Positions 12,501 to 22,326 of a stretch of DNA of 28,880 bases are shown in pieces. How positions within the stretch are numbered: the stretch's first letter is position 1; each line of letters opens with the position of its first letter. The position numbers were made by a program, and so were the translations under genes. Source of the DNA: Paraspadella gotoi (Eukaryota; Animalia; Chaetognatha); contig JBJCIZ010000643.1 of NCBI GenBank assembly GCA_051294375.1, positions 1 through 28,880 on the forward strand. Direction: 5' to 3'. The notes beneath the pieces are model-generated. The model was not told the origin of the DNA. It searched no databases and worked only from the letters and a program-made list of their open reading frames with translations.

Positions 12501-13534
12501 AGCCCAAATGGGCATCTGGGGAAGACGTATAGGCCGAAAGGTGTAATAACGGCCGTTTTCTTGATATCATCCGGATTTACTGGGATTTGATGATATCCCT
12601 TTAGTAAATCGATTTTGGAGAAAATGGTTTTCCCCTCCAGCTGGGAATTGAAGTCGGTCAAGAGTTTGACGGGGTACCGGTCGTCTATCGTCTGGGCGTT
12701 AAGACGCCGGTAGTCCCCGCAACACCTCCACCCTCCATCTGGTTTCGAAACGACGTGGAGGGGGGAAGACCATTCGGACTTCCCCCGTTTTGCTATTCCC
12801 AAGGCGACCATTTTCTCTAATTCTCTTTTCGCGACAGCGAGTTTTTCTGCATCGAGGCGTCGCGCACGAGATTGGCACGGGCGTCCCTCCGTGGGAATGG
12901 AATGAGTTACGCCATGACGAGGCTCCTTAAGTTCAAATGTAGGAGTTGAAAGAGAAGGGAACGATTCTAACAACTTGTAGAATTTTTCTCCTTTGCGGTC
13001 GACGAAGTTGACATGAGCGGCGGTCTCTTTTGAAGTCGACGCCGCTATTGTCGAATAATCCCGCAAATCGATAAGGAGGCCGTCTCTATGATTGGGGGCT
13101 AAATAGTTCTCCGCTAAAAAATCTGCACCGAGAATATTTTGCTTTACATCTGCAACTACAAACGTATAATCAAATTTTCGATTTCCCAATCTTACAGTTT
13201 TCTCCACTGTCCCATAACAGTCAATTGCCGATCCATTAGCTGCCTGAAGCTTCATTAATTGGTCGGGTCCTTTACTACGTTGCTGTTGGGTAGGTGGAAC
13301 TATTGACAACAGCGCTCCTCCATCCACAAGCCATTTAATTCGGTTCCCGGCGTCGCGAATATAAATAAGGTCGTTACTGGCCGGTGAACTGAATGACTCT
13401 TGGGGGACCGCTGCGTTCACTTCCGGCGTCCCCCTTTGAAGTTTCCCTCCTTCTTGGATTTCGTCTCGTCGAATCTGGCGCAGCCTGGGTCGCACGACCA
13501 GGCGTCGTCGCCAAATTTGACGTGCTTCGCGCAT
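9581..13534 (-). CDS. pol: Gypsy Pol polyprotein (protease, reverse transcriptase, RNase H, integrase), probably expressed by -1 frameshift at ~13441-13447
   Basis: PR: WLVDGGA..ILGADFL. RT: DYRRLN, KIDLLKGYHQI, PFGLKNA, YLDDIL. RH: TTDASD, DRELFG, YTDH, NVVADALSR. IN: H-x3-H..C-x2-C, DLV..TDRGSQF..NGLVERFHR, and GPF. The frame is uninterrupted. Confidence 0.97.
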   Translation of the reverse strand: MREARQIWRRRLVVRPRLRQIRRDEIQEGGKLQRGTPEVNAAVPQESFSSPASNDLIYIRDAGNRIKWLVDGGALLSIVPPTQQQRSKGPDQLMKLQAANGSAIDCYGTVEKTVRLGNRKFDYTFVVADVKQNILGADFLAENYLAPNHRDGLLIDLRDYSTIAASTSKETAAHVNFVDRKGEKFYKLLESFPSLSTPTFELKEPRHGVTHSIPTEGRPCQSRARRLDAEKLAVAKRELEKMVALGIAKRGKSEWSSPLHVVSKPDGGWRCCGDYRRLNAQTIDDRYPVKLLTDFNSQLEGKTIFSKIDLLKGYHQIPVNPDDIKKTAVITPFGLYVFPRCPFGLKNAGQDFQRLMDQILGDIPHTFVYLDDILVASTTPEEHLKDLERVFKALDENGLVVNTKKCLLGQDSLEFLGFLVDRNGVRPLPERVQTLRETTRPTSIKELQRFLGMVNYYRRFIPRVAHRCSALYEALSGKPKALKWTDDCERAFDAIKEGLISAALLHHPRTGAQLCITTDASDHAVGAVLEQRGPKGWEPLAFFSAKLAKNQKLWPPFDRELFGAFRAVRHFRHWVEGRSFTIYTDHQSLVSAIRKKSEPQTCRQAYQLSAIAEFTTDIRYLKGKANVVADALSRPNLLIKTASNDASATKNENAKTKACQMAKTSTETISTAEKKRNEDPAITSSQTAPTSNSISSLTQLSELQNETQANESSQRAATASEKTNPSEKMKSSIKTNRLEDVNAVIASLTTFNIDFEQMAREQALDNDFQRISDDARSGLTFRKIKVGNHDLLADISNGPARPFVPAAWRRKVFDVIHGLGHPGVEATRKAMASKFVWTNMRQDVTRWARDCLDCQKAKVTRHIIPEIGDFKIPAKRFQHLNLDLVKMPRSNGFSHLLTIVDRFSRWPAAIPIENTLTPTIIDALSLNWISTFGTPAVITTDRGSQFMSTLWRQLTKLWGIRHQPTTAYHPQANGLVERFHRRLKESLIALARDEKEKWFWKLPLTLLAIRTTVKEDVGASAADLVFGEGLAVPGMLLGDSQLQNDVSNQQRRNHLSNLRIEVARLQTQPTSAHRQPATHIPSNLDAAKYVFIRRAGVQPSLVPPYEGPFRVINRNGLNMTVEIPSVGREVVNIARIKPAWISDEDVDEQIDNSEALPERRPGRRPGIRTRQPAQTDRQTRSRNRRAESPPRSPPPPPPPPPPLFTISPNPPPCLPDPPPSPLRFLPLSSHSPRPPRTTTSPATGGKKKNNNNTDLENQNIEPTWRFSKTTNEEFSNKAHSIDSRPTYAVVLKELINRQQQENNNKGKNVNKIPAISS
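13380..13447 (-). promoter_or_regulatory. -1 programmed ribosomal frameshift signal (slippery heptamer plus pseudoknot)
   Basis: G GGA AAC in the gag frame, a 6-nt spacer, stem 1 GGGGGAC/GTCCCCC, and loop GCCGG(AA)GTGAAC complementary to downstream GTTCACCGGC. Pol is in the -1 frame. Confidence 0.85.
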
Positions 13535-14496
13535 AAGGTCGTGAGTTTCGACTTTGTTTTTCCTTTCTGAGTCGGATTTGGACGTTGTCGTCTGGCTGCA
13601 TTCTTACGAGCGTGCTTGTCGACTGCGTGGATGCCTTCGTCGTCGTCGGAGTCGGATTCGTATCGTCCTTGATGATTTTTCTCGACGTTGCTAATGAGCG
13701 ATGCCGTTTGGCGGATTTTGAGGCTACCATCGCTTTCGAAGTGCTTATCGGCGAGTTGGCAGAGTTCGCTGGCGGTGAGGTCGTCTGCCTTATCCTCTAA
13801 TTGTCGACGAATATCGTTGGGAAGTTCTCTGAGGACCTTCTCCTTTCTCACATCGTCGAGAGAGAGGGTCTTGGTCCTTTCCTCCAGTTGTGCTAAGATC
13901 TTCGACGGCTTGACGCCGTCAACGTCGAGTGGATCCAGAATGGTGGCGGCTTGTTGTCGCCTAGTGAAGCCGTATTCTCGACGAAGATAAGCGATAAACT
14001 GAGTCCAGGTCACCTCATTCGCCTCGCCATACAGGAATTGATTGATTTTAGCATCGAGATTGATCCCAATCTTCGACTCGAGATGAGCGAACTTGCTTTT
14101 GGGCGCCGTGACTCCCGCGCGGGTATATGCCGCCTCCACTCTCTTAATCCAGATCTCGATATTGTTAGTGTCGAATTCTGGCAGTTCCGGTTTCCGGTTC
14201 GCCGCTCGTTCGAGGGCGCGAGTGGCCGCGGCTAACGCGGCGCGGAGCTCGGCGTTTTCGTCATGGAGATCGCGTTCTGGAGCGCCGCCCGTCGCCATGT
14301 TGGCGTCCTCGATGTTGGAGGCGCCGGCTGGATAACTGAAGGTCGGAGCGGCGTCGGCGAAGACCGGTGACGTTGATCTCGATCTATGTCCTCGCCCGAA
14401 TCCGAAGGGTAGCTGTAATCTAGCAGCGTCAGCTTGCTGGGCCTCGACGTCGCGTTGAGCTGAGCGGAGTCGAGATCTGAGCTCGGACCCACTCAT
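13417..14496 (-). CDS. gag: Gypsy Gag protein
   Basis: 359-aa ORF between the PBS and pol, with LPEF..NIEIWIKRVEAAY, KPSKIL and LPNDIR capsid-like motifs and a C-terminal CxxH..FG..A..CxxxC (CHCC) motif typical of the CsRn1 clade. Confidence 0.92.
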   Translation of the reverse strand: MSGSELRSRLRSAQRDVEAQQADAARLQLPFGFGRGHRSRSTSPVFADAAPTFSYPAGASNIEDANMATGGAPERDLHDENAELRAALAAATRALERAANRKPELPEFDTNNIEIWIKRVEAAYTRAGVTAPKSKFAHLESKIGINLDAKINQFLYGEANEVTWTQFIAYLRREYGFTRRQQAATILDPLDVDGVKPSKILAQLEERTKTLSLDDVRKEKVLRELPNDIRRQLEDKADDLTASELCQLADKHFESDGSLKIRQTASLISNVEKNHQGRYESDSDDDEGIHAVDKHARKNAARRQRPNPTQKGKTKSKLTTLCAKHVKFGDDAWSCDPGCARFDETKSKKEGNFKGGRRK

Positions 14497-14678
14497 TGAT
14501 GGCGTCGCCTTGTGCTCCGTCGGAAATGATGGGGATTTGGGATTTGGGAAAGAATAGCGTGAGCAGATTGGGCTTTGCTTTAGCTTAATTCGAATTCATT
14601 CCCAATCTTACCTCAGAGAGGATAGTATCCGCCGATTCCCCTTTCGTTTGCCGTTCAGTCGGTCGGTCTTGCTCTTTA

Positions 14679-14691
14679 GTTGGGTTCACCA
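14679..14691 (-). other. Primer-binding site, tRNA-Trp-like
   Basis: The minus strand reads TGGTGAACCCAAC, 2 nt after the 5' LTR. This is 11/13 identical to the classic tRNA-Trp PBS TGGTGACCCCGAC. Confidence 0.75.
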
Positions 14692-14693
14692 TG

Positions 14694-15279
14694 TGTGGTC
14701 GGACCACGGAGGTCAACCACAGCGTGACGGAGTGACGGCCACAGCGAGATATGATACTAAGACGTTAGTGACAGAGATAAGAATCTTCTTCATTGACGTT
14801 GCAGGGAAAAGAGTATCGTTATAATTGAGTTTGTTTTACATTATTTCATAATTGGAGAGAACTTAGTTATTTCATCTCATTTGAATATTGTAGAATATTT
14901 GATTCAAATTATGAAGGATAAAAACAGTTTGATTCAACTCGATTAGTTTTGTTCATCTTCTTTCTAATGTATTCTATTACATTTAGATGAATTAATTAAA
15001 TCGTTAGCAGAGAAAAAGGTATTTATTATCTTCATCATTAGATCAGAAAATCGAGACTGAAATTATTCAGTTAACAGAGAATAAAGAAAACAATGTGTAA
15101 ACAAAACAGTTTTGAAATAATCGCCATCTTCTGGGGAGGAATTCAATCAGAGACAAACAAAAGGTTTCAACTTTGTTTAAAGCTTTATATAAGAATTTTG
15201 GAGCCAGATTTATCGGGTTCGAATCCCGAGCAGGGGGCAATTTATTTATAATACAATAAGTTGATCGGAAACGCCTACA
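14694..15279 (-). repeat. 5' LTR of the Gypsy element
   Basis: Direct repeat of 8897-9482, followed on the minus strand by the PBS. Confidence 0.97.
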
Positions 15280-15519
15280 TGCTTCCTTACCCACACACAA
15301 AATTTCATTCAAATCCATCCATCCAATCACGAGTAATTGGTATTTTTTGCTAAGGTGGGATGGACGGACGGACGGACATTGTTTTTTTGTATAATTTATC
15401 ATAATTTGATGTTCTGTCATGATAGAAGTGAATGCCCGACAAGATTCAGGGGGCGGACCGACGGACCAACAAAGTGAATTATAGAGTCGGGATCTGCTGA
15501 AAGCAGATCTGACTAAAAA

Positions 15520-15754
15520 AACAAAAAACCTGTTTCACTAATTGATTATGCTTCTTTTTCTTTTTATATTTAATCAGTTAATTTATCAATTATTACTTAA
15601 TCAGCCAATTAATCAAAACAAACATTTTGGATTAAGTTAAATATTTAATTGACTAATTAATTAACTTGAATTAATTTATTATTAATTAATTATTAATTTT
15701 TTAATTACCGATAATGATTGTGGGCAGATCCGACATCGTTTACTCAAACTTGTT
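15520..15754 (-). repeat. 5' fragment of a second HINE copy in inverted orientation
   Basis: Reverse-complement match to ~7675-7955, ending gcagatccgacatcgtttactcaaacttgtt. Confidence 0.75.
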
Positions 15755-16254
15755 TTTTAATTTCGTTATCCTACAGGGATGCTCTAACGTTATTAATATG
15801 ACAGAACTCTTAGTTTTTACCTTGTTCCGCCTTACTCCTCAATTCTCAAGTGGATTTCTTAAAGACTGGCTTATATTTTAGTACATTTTAATTTGAATAT
15901 GTGTATTTAATTTTGAAATGTACATTGATTTTACTGTGCTTTAAAAAATTGCTATTTGAAACGAGTAGTAGATACTTTTAGTGCTTTTCTATTAATGATT
16001 GTTTCTTTTCTTTCAGGTTCAATCTAGAAATTAAAACGCGCCCCGGGAAAAGGACTCCTGTGAAAATCTAACCACAAATCGGGCTTGTGGATAAACTGTA
16101 ATCGCCGCCCACGGATTGACCACACACCAGTGCCGCGCCCACGGAAAAGCCACCACTAGTGTTTTTTGCGACCCCACCAAAATTTTATTACAGTTTGTGT
16201 TCCGAATTACCCCTCACTAGTCACTACCCTAAATCAAGTACTATTTATAAATAT

Positions 16255-16430
16255 TAAGGCGGGCCAAAATTTAACATTTTTTACAATATCAAAAAGTCTG
16301 CAATAAAATTTTGAATTCTGATAGAGATTAAAAAGTTATATAAAGGTTAGTACTACAAATTTCAAAAATTTTAATGATAAATAGGCTAAAATTTGAAAAA
16401 ACCTTAAAAAATCATCATCATCATCATTCA
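16255..16430 (+). repeat. Left-end fragment of a TAAGGCGGG-terminated MITE family
   Basis: Matches 24976-25030 and 25165-25945 (minus the TRIM). It provides the empty site for the TRIM insertion. Confidence 0.65.
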
Positions 16431-17506
16431 TTACACGGTTCCCTAGACACCCGAAAAAGAAATAGAAATAACCCATTTTTGAAACACAAAAAAATGAAAA
16501 ATATAATGTTTTTACTAAAGCGTAGTGAAGTCGAAAAATTCTGATCCAAGCAAGTTTTTTTTTAATTGAATTTTAAAGTTTTGTTATAATTTTTCATACA
16601 AAATAATGAGAAACTAATTAACGACTTTGTCATTCTTTGTCAAATTTTACTTTCTTTATATCAATCATTATCTACTGAAAGAGAGCTTTAATTTGAACTC
16701 ACTCTCATAAGCCTACGATTATTCGTTCTCAAGTTATTATTGAAAATAACTCAATTTATTACAAAAATAGTAACCATTTTGTAATTACTACATGAAAGAC
16801 TTATTCAATTCCTATTTAATAAAAAAACTATAGAAATGTAACATACAATTGCTTAGCTTCAAAATTCACCTAATTTTAAATTTTTCTTCAACAAATAACT
16901 ACTATGAAATGCTATGTATAAAATTGTTAAATTTTATATATATATTTTTAAATAATTTAACATCAAGCAAGAGCATAACTAGTAATATTATATATCCAAA
17001 AGAATCCTTATTTTATGAGCTTTCTTTTGAGTCTAATTTCAGTTCTCTGTGATAATTCGTTTTTGAGATATTGACAAAAACAATTCCACAAAATGCTTAA
17101 AAAGTAAAAAAAATATTCAAAAATATTAATATTTTGATCGATTTTCGATCGATTTTGTCATAAAAGGTTTTAATTGATAGATAGGTCCTCATTTGGATAT
17201 AATGATATCTACAAAATTTTTGCTTGTAGATCAAAAAACTTTTAATCCAAGCTTTTTTCATCTAGAAACAATATTTTAAATATCTTGTCAGCTTATTGTT
17301 GAATTGTTTTCCTTTTTCTTTTTTTTTCCTTTTTTTCTCGTTCTGTTAATTTAAATATTTATATTTTGTTGAATTGTAAACTGTACAATTTATCTGTAAT
17401 GCTGTATGCCCTTTTGAATGTACTGTTTCAACTAATTGTTGTAAACGAATAAAACACATATATTAAAATCTTTTACTGGATCAAACGAAAAGAAAAATTG
17501 ACTGAC

Positions 17507-17629
17507 CTGAAGCGGAAAAACGGCGCTTTTGTTGCCTACGTAACCGGAAACGACGTGACTTTGAATTGAAAGGATTCTCGGGGAAGATTCGCTTCCGACG
17601 CCAGCGCAAACCTTAATCTCCGAACCCAT
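17507..17629 (-). CDS. PDXK: Pyridoxal kinase, first coding exon
   Basis: ATG at 17629 gives [41 protein letters not shown], followed by the donor CAG|[26 protein letters not shown] is the pyridoxal kinase N-terminal signature. Confidence 0.93.
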
Positions 17630-17971
17630 AGTTTGCAACCAAATAAATTTTGAGGAATATTAAGGTTTTGGGAAAAGGCTATTATCACAGCATGAGCGAT
17701 CTCAAAACATTAAAAGCGAAGAATCAGTAGACTCTTTACCTCTAAACAGAAAAAAAAGGAAGAATGCCTGAAAGTAAAGATGATATCAAATCGAAAAGAT
17801 TCATCAGACAGAAAAAGAATCAAGAGCGTAACGATTAAAGAAATCAAAAATATTTACCCGAGGCGATGGGTTTACAAAAGGAGTAAATCAAGTCGTAAAC
17901 AAGAGTAAGTTGCAATAGAAATAAATGATATCACAGTTTTGGTAAGTTTTTTATTACAGTTTTCTTTCGAC

Positions 17972-19045
17972 TTAGACCCATGTGGCGTGTTTCGAGTTGA
18001 TCCCCACGATGATGTCAATGAAATCAAACTTTTCAGCGAAATTGACAATGACGATGTCAAGGCCATCGCGGCCTGAACGCTTCGTCGACGACCACTTGGA
18101 CGTCCATTGCGTCATAGGGTCTCCGAGGGTTTCCTCCAACGTTCCGTCGAGATGTTTAAAGATAAAAGCGGCGTCGGGAGTCAAAACGCCTGAAAAGGAT
18201 GAGAATGGATTAATCGCGCCATCTCTTAAGCTCATACCAACCTCACTATAAGGCTTGCCTTGAGTCACGTAGAATTCTCGGGGTGAACGACCTTTCTCGT
18301 AGTTTGTATTTAAAAATTGGATGGCCTCTGGCAAATCCGCAGTGTGAGGCCAAGGAGACGGAATGAACCTGTCGCCCCAGATGAAAGAACGCGATTTCTC
18401 TGTGCGAAACAGAAAAGTCGTCAAAATTCTAAGGAGATAACAAAGTCAAAGAATACGATAGAGACTAGACTAAAAGAAAATATACCTGGAATGTGATCAT
18501 TCTTAAAGAAAACAAAAATGTTCTCCTTATTTTTCCACAATTCATTTAGTGTCAAATTTTTCAGATCTCGACATTTAACCAGACGATTCTGTTAATTAAT
18601 TATAACACATTACAATCAAAAGGCGACCGTTATGATTGAATTGAATTGAATCAAAGGGCGACCGTTATGATTGAATTGAAATGAATTGAATTACATTGAA
18701 TTCTCAAAAACGATTGTAAGCGGGAATGAAAATTGAGGAAATACTTGACCGAAGACGGAGACCAAATCCTGAACTAAATTTGCGTCGTTTTCAGTGGCGA
18801 AGTCGAGCAGATGATTAAAATCAAGAAAAATCACTTCGCGGGGGTGAGATTTGGACCAAACCTTAATCTCCATCTGAATCATTACAATAATAATAAAGAT
18901 GATTAAAAGTAAGAACAAGTTATTTTTTTTATTTTTAAAATGGACCATGAATTGATGAACGGTCTTGGAGGTGAAAAGTCCGTGTTGAAAGAAAAAAGTA
19001 GACGAATTGAAGTTCCGTCGCGTCGAAACTCGAAAATCGAAATAC
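17972..19045 (-). CDS. PLCXD: PI-PLC X domain-containing protein (PLCXD family), last five coding exons: 19045-18946, 18873-18745, 18588-18486, 18399-18259, 18189-17972
   Basis: The spliced translation reads (R)YFDFRV..FQHGLF / HPREVIFLDFNH / LTLNELWKNKENIFVF / IPSPWPHT..FYVTQG / VLTP..GLDIVIVNF..FIDIIVGIN. Intron phases are compatible, and AATAAA lies at 17955-17950 after the stop. The upstream exons were not located. Confidence 0.85.
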
Positions 19046-19889
19046 CTAAGATTAAATCAATAAAAGTCGACGTAGGAACCGCAAAGCGGCACAGATTGTC
19101 CAATGTCCATGTTCAATTAGATTTAATGAAATAAAAATTTTAAAAAGTTTAAACTACATTAATTCGAATAAAATTTACGTTTCAGAATAATACAGAGTGT
19201 CTCAAGCGTACTGTCACTTTACAAATGAACGCTGTGTCAAATTAAATTAAATTATGAATTTGATAGAACCACCGGAAAGATAACTTCATACAATTTTTTT
19301 TTTATATCTCCAATATCATGTTTATTAGTATTTTTATTGACACAATGCGCAGTTCAAATTTCTGGATTTTTGTTTTGACAATCGATAAAAAAAATTTAGG
19401 CAATATCAAACTAATGAAGTTGTCTTGCTTTTGGTAAAAAAAATAATTGTTCACGTTACAGTACAGTAAGCCACTATTTTTATTTGTGCCCTTGCCTAAG
19501 ATTTTTGTAGATTAGGAACGATGATTAGGAACGATGATGATAATGATTTAAGAAGAGAAGATGCAAAGAATGATGAAGAAAATTTGTATTCATGGACGCT
19601 CTTTATTTTTACCTTCAGAAAAGTGAAACGCTACAAATTTAGTACGCTATGCTATATGCTATGCTATTAAATTGGTACAACCAATAATAAAATTATCCAT
19701 TCATTTAATAAATAAGCTATCTTGCCCCTGACTTTGGACAGGCTTTGGTGGTTTAAGGCCTCCATCACTCTTACAAGATAATATCAAAGCCGTCCTGGGC
19801 AAAGGAATAACAAAACATTTAGTACAAACTCAGCAAATATATATAAGTTTATATAAGTGTCTTTCTTACTTGTTTCTGAAGCCAAATAT

Positions 19890-20018
19890 AACCAAAAAAA
19901 TTCTTAAAAGCATAAGGATCAAGCCATGATGATAGTCATTCATTGATGCGATGATAGTCATTCATTGACGCGATGAATCATTCATCGTAAATAAAACAAA
20001 CAAATGCGTGTATGAGGT

Positions 20019-20064
<46 letters not shown>

Positions 20065-21500
20065 CTGGACAGTTTTCCCGCCAACGAAACGCATTATTAG
20101 GTCTCTCTCGTTTATATAAAGAATAATCAGAATTTTTAGGGAAAAAATCCACGAAAATCTCGGATGTAAATTTGGGATTTTGTATTGAGAAAAAAGCGCG
20201 GAATAAATGGCGATAATAAAAGTTTTTAGAAGGAAAAAAAAGAGAGAGAGAGAGAGAGAAGCTGGACCCGCCGCTGGACCGCCGCTGCAGAGCTGAACTC
20301 ATTTTCCGACGAATATGAGTAGGGACGAACTCTTTTCCTTTCTATAAAAAAATATTACAAAATAAATATTTGGGTATAGAGCCATATAAGAATTTTTTTG
20401 TACATTGAAGTAAACTTAAAAATGCATAAATTTTCGTTTGAGCATGTTCCCATACTAAATTTTTGATTCACCCCATTGAGAGGGGCTACCCCTATTCAGA
20501 AGAAAAAAAATAAACTCTTTTCAATAATAATGATCCAAAAATTATAATCCCTATTAACAAAAATATAGTTGAAAATACTCAGTTAACGACTATGATATTT
20601 TTGACTTCCAAATATTTTTTTTACTTATCAAAACAAATTTTATTTCCTCATTTTAAAAAATTTTAATCTTGAATGAAATTTTTGATTGTTCTTTTTTTAG
20701 GAAGAAACCAGACCGAGGTCAAATTTTATATTTGCATATTTAATTAATTTATAAATAGTTATCACAACTCAAATGATTATTATTTAAAAAAAAGATAAAA
20801 ATGATTAAATATATACACTAAAAATATTTATAAATTTAATAATAGTATAAATTATCAGAATAACAAAAAAAGTAATGTTTAATTTGACTATATCTCTCTT
20901 ATCAACTCCTATTTTAGATATAATTTGCCAATAGTGGGCCAACCGGTTCAAAGTTACAATAATAAATAAATACAAATTTATTTTTTTTAAATGTAATGCA
21001 TATTGTTCGCCGAAAGTGCTGCATATATAATAAGTCACATTAGCTGATTTATATGTGACAATGCATGTCAATATAAGTTATTCTTCACTTTTTTAAAAAT
21101 GTATCCACGAAAATCTCGGATGTAAATTTGGGATTTTGTATTGAGAAAAAAGCCCCGAATAAAAGTTTTTAGAAAGAAAAACATAATCATAATTTTTCAA
21201 AAAACGAACGATCACGCAAGAGATCGTAAAGAGAGAAAGAGACAGAAAGAGGAAGAGAGAGAAAGAGAGAGAAAGAGAGACAAAGCTGGACAGCTGCTTG
21301 AAGGCCGCTGTACAGTCAGTGCAGAAACTGAACTCGTTTTTTCTGAAATAAAAGAATAAAAGAAATAAAAGAAAATAGAAAAAGAAAGTGAAAAGACAAA
21401 AAATAGTTGACAATAAAAGCTAACGCAAAGAAAATATATATGTTTTGTCAATTTCATGGTTTACAATTTGAAATTTTCCAATTTTTTCAATCGCAGCTTG
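19890..21500 (-). repeat. Inverted copy of the (CT)n-containing dispersed repeat at 1660-2870
   Basis: Shares the 22-bp minisatellite, the ccacgaaaatctcggatgtaaatttgggattttgtattgag blocks (two copies) and the (GA)n tracts. Confidence 0.6.
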
Positions 21501-21632
21501 TAAAGATTTTATTTTTATTTGTATTAAAATTAAGATATAGCTTCTCATTAAAAAGTTATTTTGAGTTCCCATTTTTATTAGAGATTTAGGAAAAACAGTT
21601 TTTAAGGTCAACAACGATTTATTATTGGATAT

Positions 21633-21680
21633 AAGTCGGACAAGTTTCAACTCTTTATTAAGAGTCTTCTTCAGCGATTT
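21633..21680 (-). ncRNA. Minimal type I hammerhead ribozyme in the PLE pseudo-LTR
   Basis: The minus strand reads aaatcg-CTGAAGA-a-gactctt aata aagagtt-GAAA-c tt gTC-cgactt, giving the conserved core, a 7-bp stem II, a short stem III and an imperfect stem I. Confidence 0.75.
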
Positions 21681-21718
21681 TTAATAATCAACAATTTTCT
21701 CTCTTTAACATTAGCTTT

Positions 21719-21756
<38 letters not shown>

Positions 21757-22326
21757 GGAGATTCCAACAAAGAATTTAGAAAGGACAGTGGTCAGATGTG
21801 AGGACAGGTGAAGGTAAGGACAGGGAAGAAGATAAGATTGGTTGAAACTAGAAAGGTGAAAAAAAATTGAGAGAGAGAGAGAGAGAGAGAGCAACAGAGG
21901 CAGAGAAAATAATTACATTTAGTAATGTACAACAGAATAATAAATGGAAAACTTAATACTAAACAAGTAATAACAAAAAGAAATTAATAATTTAGTTAAC
22001 TATATAAGAATGAAATGTGAAAGGGAAAATAAGTTGTTAGGGATAGATAAGTGAAGGTGTTAGTGAAAGAAAGATAAAGAAAAGAGCTCAAAAAAAAGAG
22101 CTGGCCCCCCCCCGGCCTGGCAAATGTGGGACGTGAGCGATGTGATCGGGTCATTGGCTTGTCATAGACTGGAAGTGTATTGTAGTAGGCTGGGGTATGA
22201 TTCCCAAGGCCGTTCTAATATCCCTCTGGCCTGATAAGCCTGCCGACGGCCCTCCTCTCGCCTGACGACGAGGCGGGTGATTATATGTTCTGGCCTGCTT
22301 AAATGCAGGGGATACAGAACGACGGA

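Larger units (their letters stand above)
8897..15279 (-). mobile_element. Intact Ty3/Gypsy LTR retrotransposon, CsRn1 clade (6383 bp)
   Basis: Two 586-bp TG..CA LTRs, 4-bp TSD TGCT (8893-8896 and 15280-15283), PBS, PPT, gag with a CHCC motif, and pol in the order PR-RT-RH-IN. Confidence 0.97.
7675..15518 (+). mobile_element. Full-length HINE/DINE-1-like element interrupted by a MITE and the Gypsy element
   Basis: 5' end aacaag followed by subterminal IR gtcggatctgc (7695-7705), core tandem units, (GGAC)n at ~15358-15377, and a 3' hairpin agtcgggatctgctgaaagcagatctgact (15485-15514) containing the complementary IR. The sequence is collinear with the copies at 60-1240 once the insertions are removed. 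Confidence 0.7.

Noticed and set aside
9679-14492. Many short antisense and alternate-frame ORFs over gag-pol, including 13374-13730
   Set aside because: They are shadows of a GC-rich coding region, mostly with non-ATG starts and no motifs. No env-like third ORF is present.
15067-15420. 117-aa ORF entering the 5' LTR (and the 9270-9506 counterpart)
   Set aside because: It is a chance frame spanning the flank/LTR junction, with a different N-terminus in each copy.
16016-16161. Helitron 3' end (ccactagt) or + strand exon after tttcag
   Set aside because: There is no convincing subterminal hairpin and no sustained reading frame.
22215-22295. Hammerhead cores at ctgataag / ctgacga on the + strand
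   Set aside because: No correctly spaced GAAA or stems follow, and the strand is antisense to the PLE.
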